Below are positions 62,522 to 64,000 of a stretch of 64,000 nucleotides of DNA, piece after piece. The notes under the pieces are model-generated. The model worked only from the letters and a program-made list of their open reading frames with translations, did no database searches and was not told the origin of the DNA. The position numbers and the translations under genes are program-made. Each line of letters starts with the position of its first letter. Within the stretch, counting starts at the first letter, position 1. The DNA is from an uncultured Actinomycetes bacterium (lineage in GTDB: Bacteria; Actinomycetota; Thermoleophilia; UBA2241): assembly GCA_963767005.1 (NCBI GenBank), contig CAVYCN010000003.1, forward strand, positions 96,001 through 160,000, read 5' to 3'.

Positions 62522-63987
62522 AACGTAACCTCTTCGCCGGCCGGCCGCGCAGCGGCGGCCTGCGCCTGAACGTCTTCACCGAGGCCGAGGTCGACGACAT
62601 CCACTCGGCGACGCTCGAGGTGCTCGAACGCACCGGCGTGTTCGTCGAGGCCGACGAGGCGCTCGACATCTTCTCGGACGGCGGCTGCGACGTGGACCGC
62701 GAGACGCACGTGGTGCGCATCCCGCCGCACGCCGTCGAGGACGCGATCCGCTCGGCGCCCGCGAAGATCGTGCTCTGCGGCCGCGAGCCGAAGAACGATG
62801 TCGTGCTCGAGCCGGGCCGCGTCGCCTTCACCAACTTCAGCGAGGGCATCCGCGTAGTCGATCCGTGGTCGGGCGAGATCCGCGACTCGACCAAGGCCGA
62901 CATCGGCGACATCGCCCGCCTGAACGACTACCTGTCCGACATCGACACGCACGAGATCGCGGTCGGCGCCAGAGACGTGCCGCCCGAGACCTGCGCGGTG
63001 CACAACGCCGAGATGCAGTACCTGAACACGACCAAGCCGATCGGCATCGGACCGCTGTCGCGCACCGAGACGATCGCCATCTTCCGCATGGGCGCCGAGA
63101 TCGTCGGCGGCGCCGATGAGCTGCGCCGGCGCCCGATCGTCTACAACGGCGTCTGCCCGGTGAGTCCGCTCAAGCTGCCGCACGAGGCCACCGAGGTGAT
63201 CATCGAGACGGCCCGCTGGGGTATTCCCAACAACATCCTCTCGATGGCGATGGCCGGCGGCTCGTCGCCGGTCACCCTGGCCGGCACCCTGGTCACCCAC
63301 AACGCCGAGGTGCTGTCGGGCATCACGCTGGCGCAGCTCTCTGAGCGGGGCGCGCCCTGCATCTACGGCAGCTCGACGACGGCGATGGACCTCAAGCTGG
63401 CGGCGGCCTGCGTGGGCTCGCCCGAGCTCGCCATGATCTCGGCCGCCGTGGCCCAGATGGCCAGGCGCTACCTGCTGCCGAGCTTCGTGGCCGGCTTGTA
63501 GGCTGACTCGAAGCTCGGTGACGCCCAGGTCGGGCACGAGAAAACCCTCACCGGCATCATGGCAGCGTTGGCAGGGGCCAACCTGATCTACGGTTCGGGG
63601 ATGATCGAGTCGGGCGTCACCTTCGATTGCGGGCAGTTCGTCATGGACAACGAGTTCGCCCGCATGATCAAGCACTGCGTCGGCGGCATCACGGTGAGCG
63701 ACGACACGCTCGCCGTCGACGACATCGCGGCGGTGGGGTCGTTCGGCGACTTCCTGTCGCTCGACGCCACCCTGCGCCACATGCGCGAGCTCTCCCAGCC
63801 GGAGCTCCTCGACCGCCGCGTGCGCGAGGACTGGGAGGAGCGCGGCGCTACCGACCTGCACGCCCGTTGCCTGGCCAAGGCGCGCGAAATCCTCACAAAC
63901 TTCACGCCGGCGCAGCTCGACGACGACGTCAAGGGGCGCATTCGCGATATCGTGGTCGAGACCGATCGTCTGGTCGGTGTCGCCTGA
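62518..63987 (+). CDS. mttB: Trimethylamine:corrinoid methyltransferase with pyrrolysine (TAG 63499-63501, codon 328 of 489 aa)
   Basis: GTG start overlaps the mtbB TGA, with a GGAGG SD. PSFVAGL-*-ADSKLGDAQVGHEKT matches the MttB VAG.-Pyl-.D.K..D.Q.GHEK site. SPVTLAGTLVTHNAEVLSG, YGSST, GSPE. The frame stays open to TGA 63987. Confidence 0.94.
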
Positions 63988-64000
63988 AAGGAGAGGCCCA

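Noticed and set aside
61082-63987. mtbB and mttB as nonsense-mutated pseudogenes or four separate genes
   Set aside because: Both TAGs fall at the family's pyrrolysine position, with intact frames and conserved sequence on both sides.

Overview
High-GC bacterial DNA with an anaerobic gene set. The gene repertoire and codon style suggest an actinobacterium, possibly Thermoleophilia-like; this is inference only, since no marker gene is present. The left half (about 6-30 kb) is a mosaic accessory region that ends at tRNA-Cys/tRNA-Gly. It holds a lower-GC module (PhnW-like aminotransferase, IS110 relic, non-pyrrolysine MtmB homolog, corrinoid protein, DeoR regulator), a tightly coupled three-nuclease operon, a tyrosine integrase, and a UvrD helicase followed by a HEPN-like gene. 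The right half is core-like: Nif3-RNase H fusion, pckA, enoate reductase-like flavoenzyme, GGDEF protein, MFS pump, arr, tRNA-Ile2, two tandem Amt genes, mobAB, quinone genes, an acyl-CoA dehydrogenase-fixCX-etf operon and a CoA transferase. The strongest signal is at the right end. Dimethylamine (mtbB) and trimethylamine (mttB) methyltransferase genes each carry one in-frame TAG exactly at the known pyrrolysine position, and the ORF track splits both. TAG is nevertheless the ordinary stop of about a third of the genes here. Both recoded TAGs share a GGC-TTR-TAG-G context and a predicted hairpin 15 nt downstream. No pyl genes lie inside the window. All calls come from manual motif recognition, without database searches.
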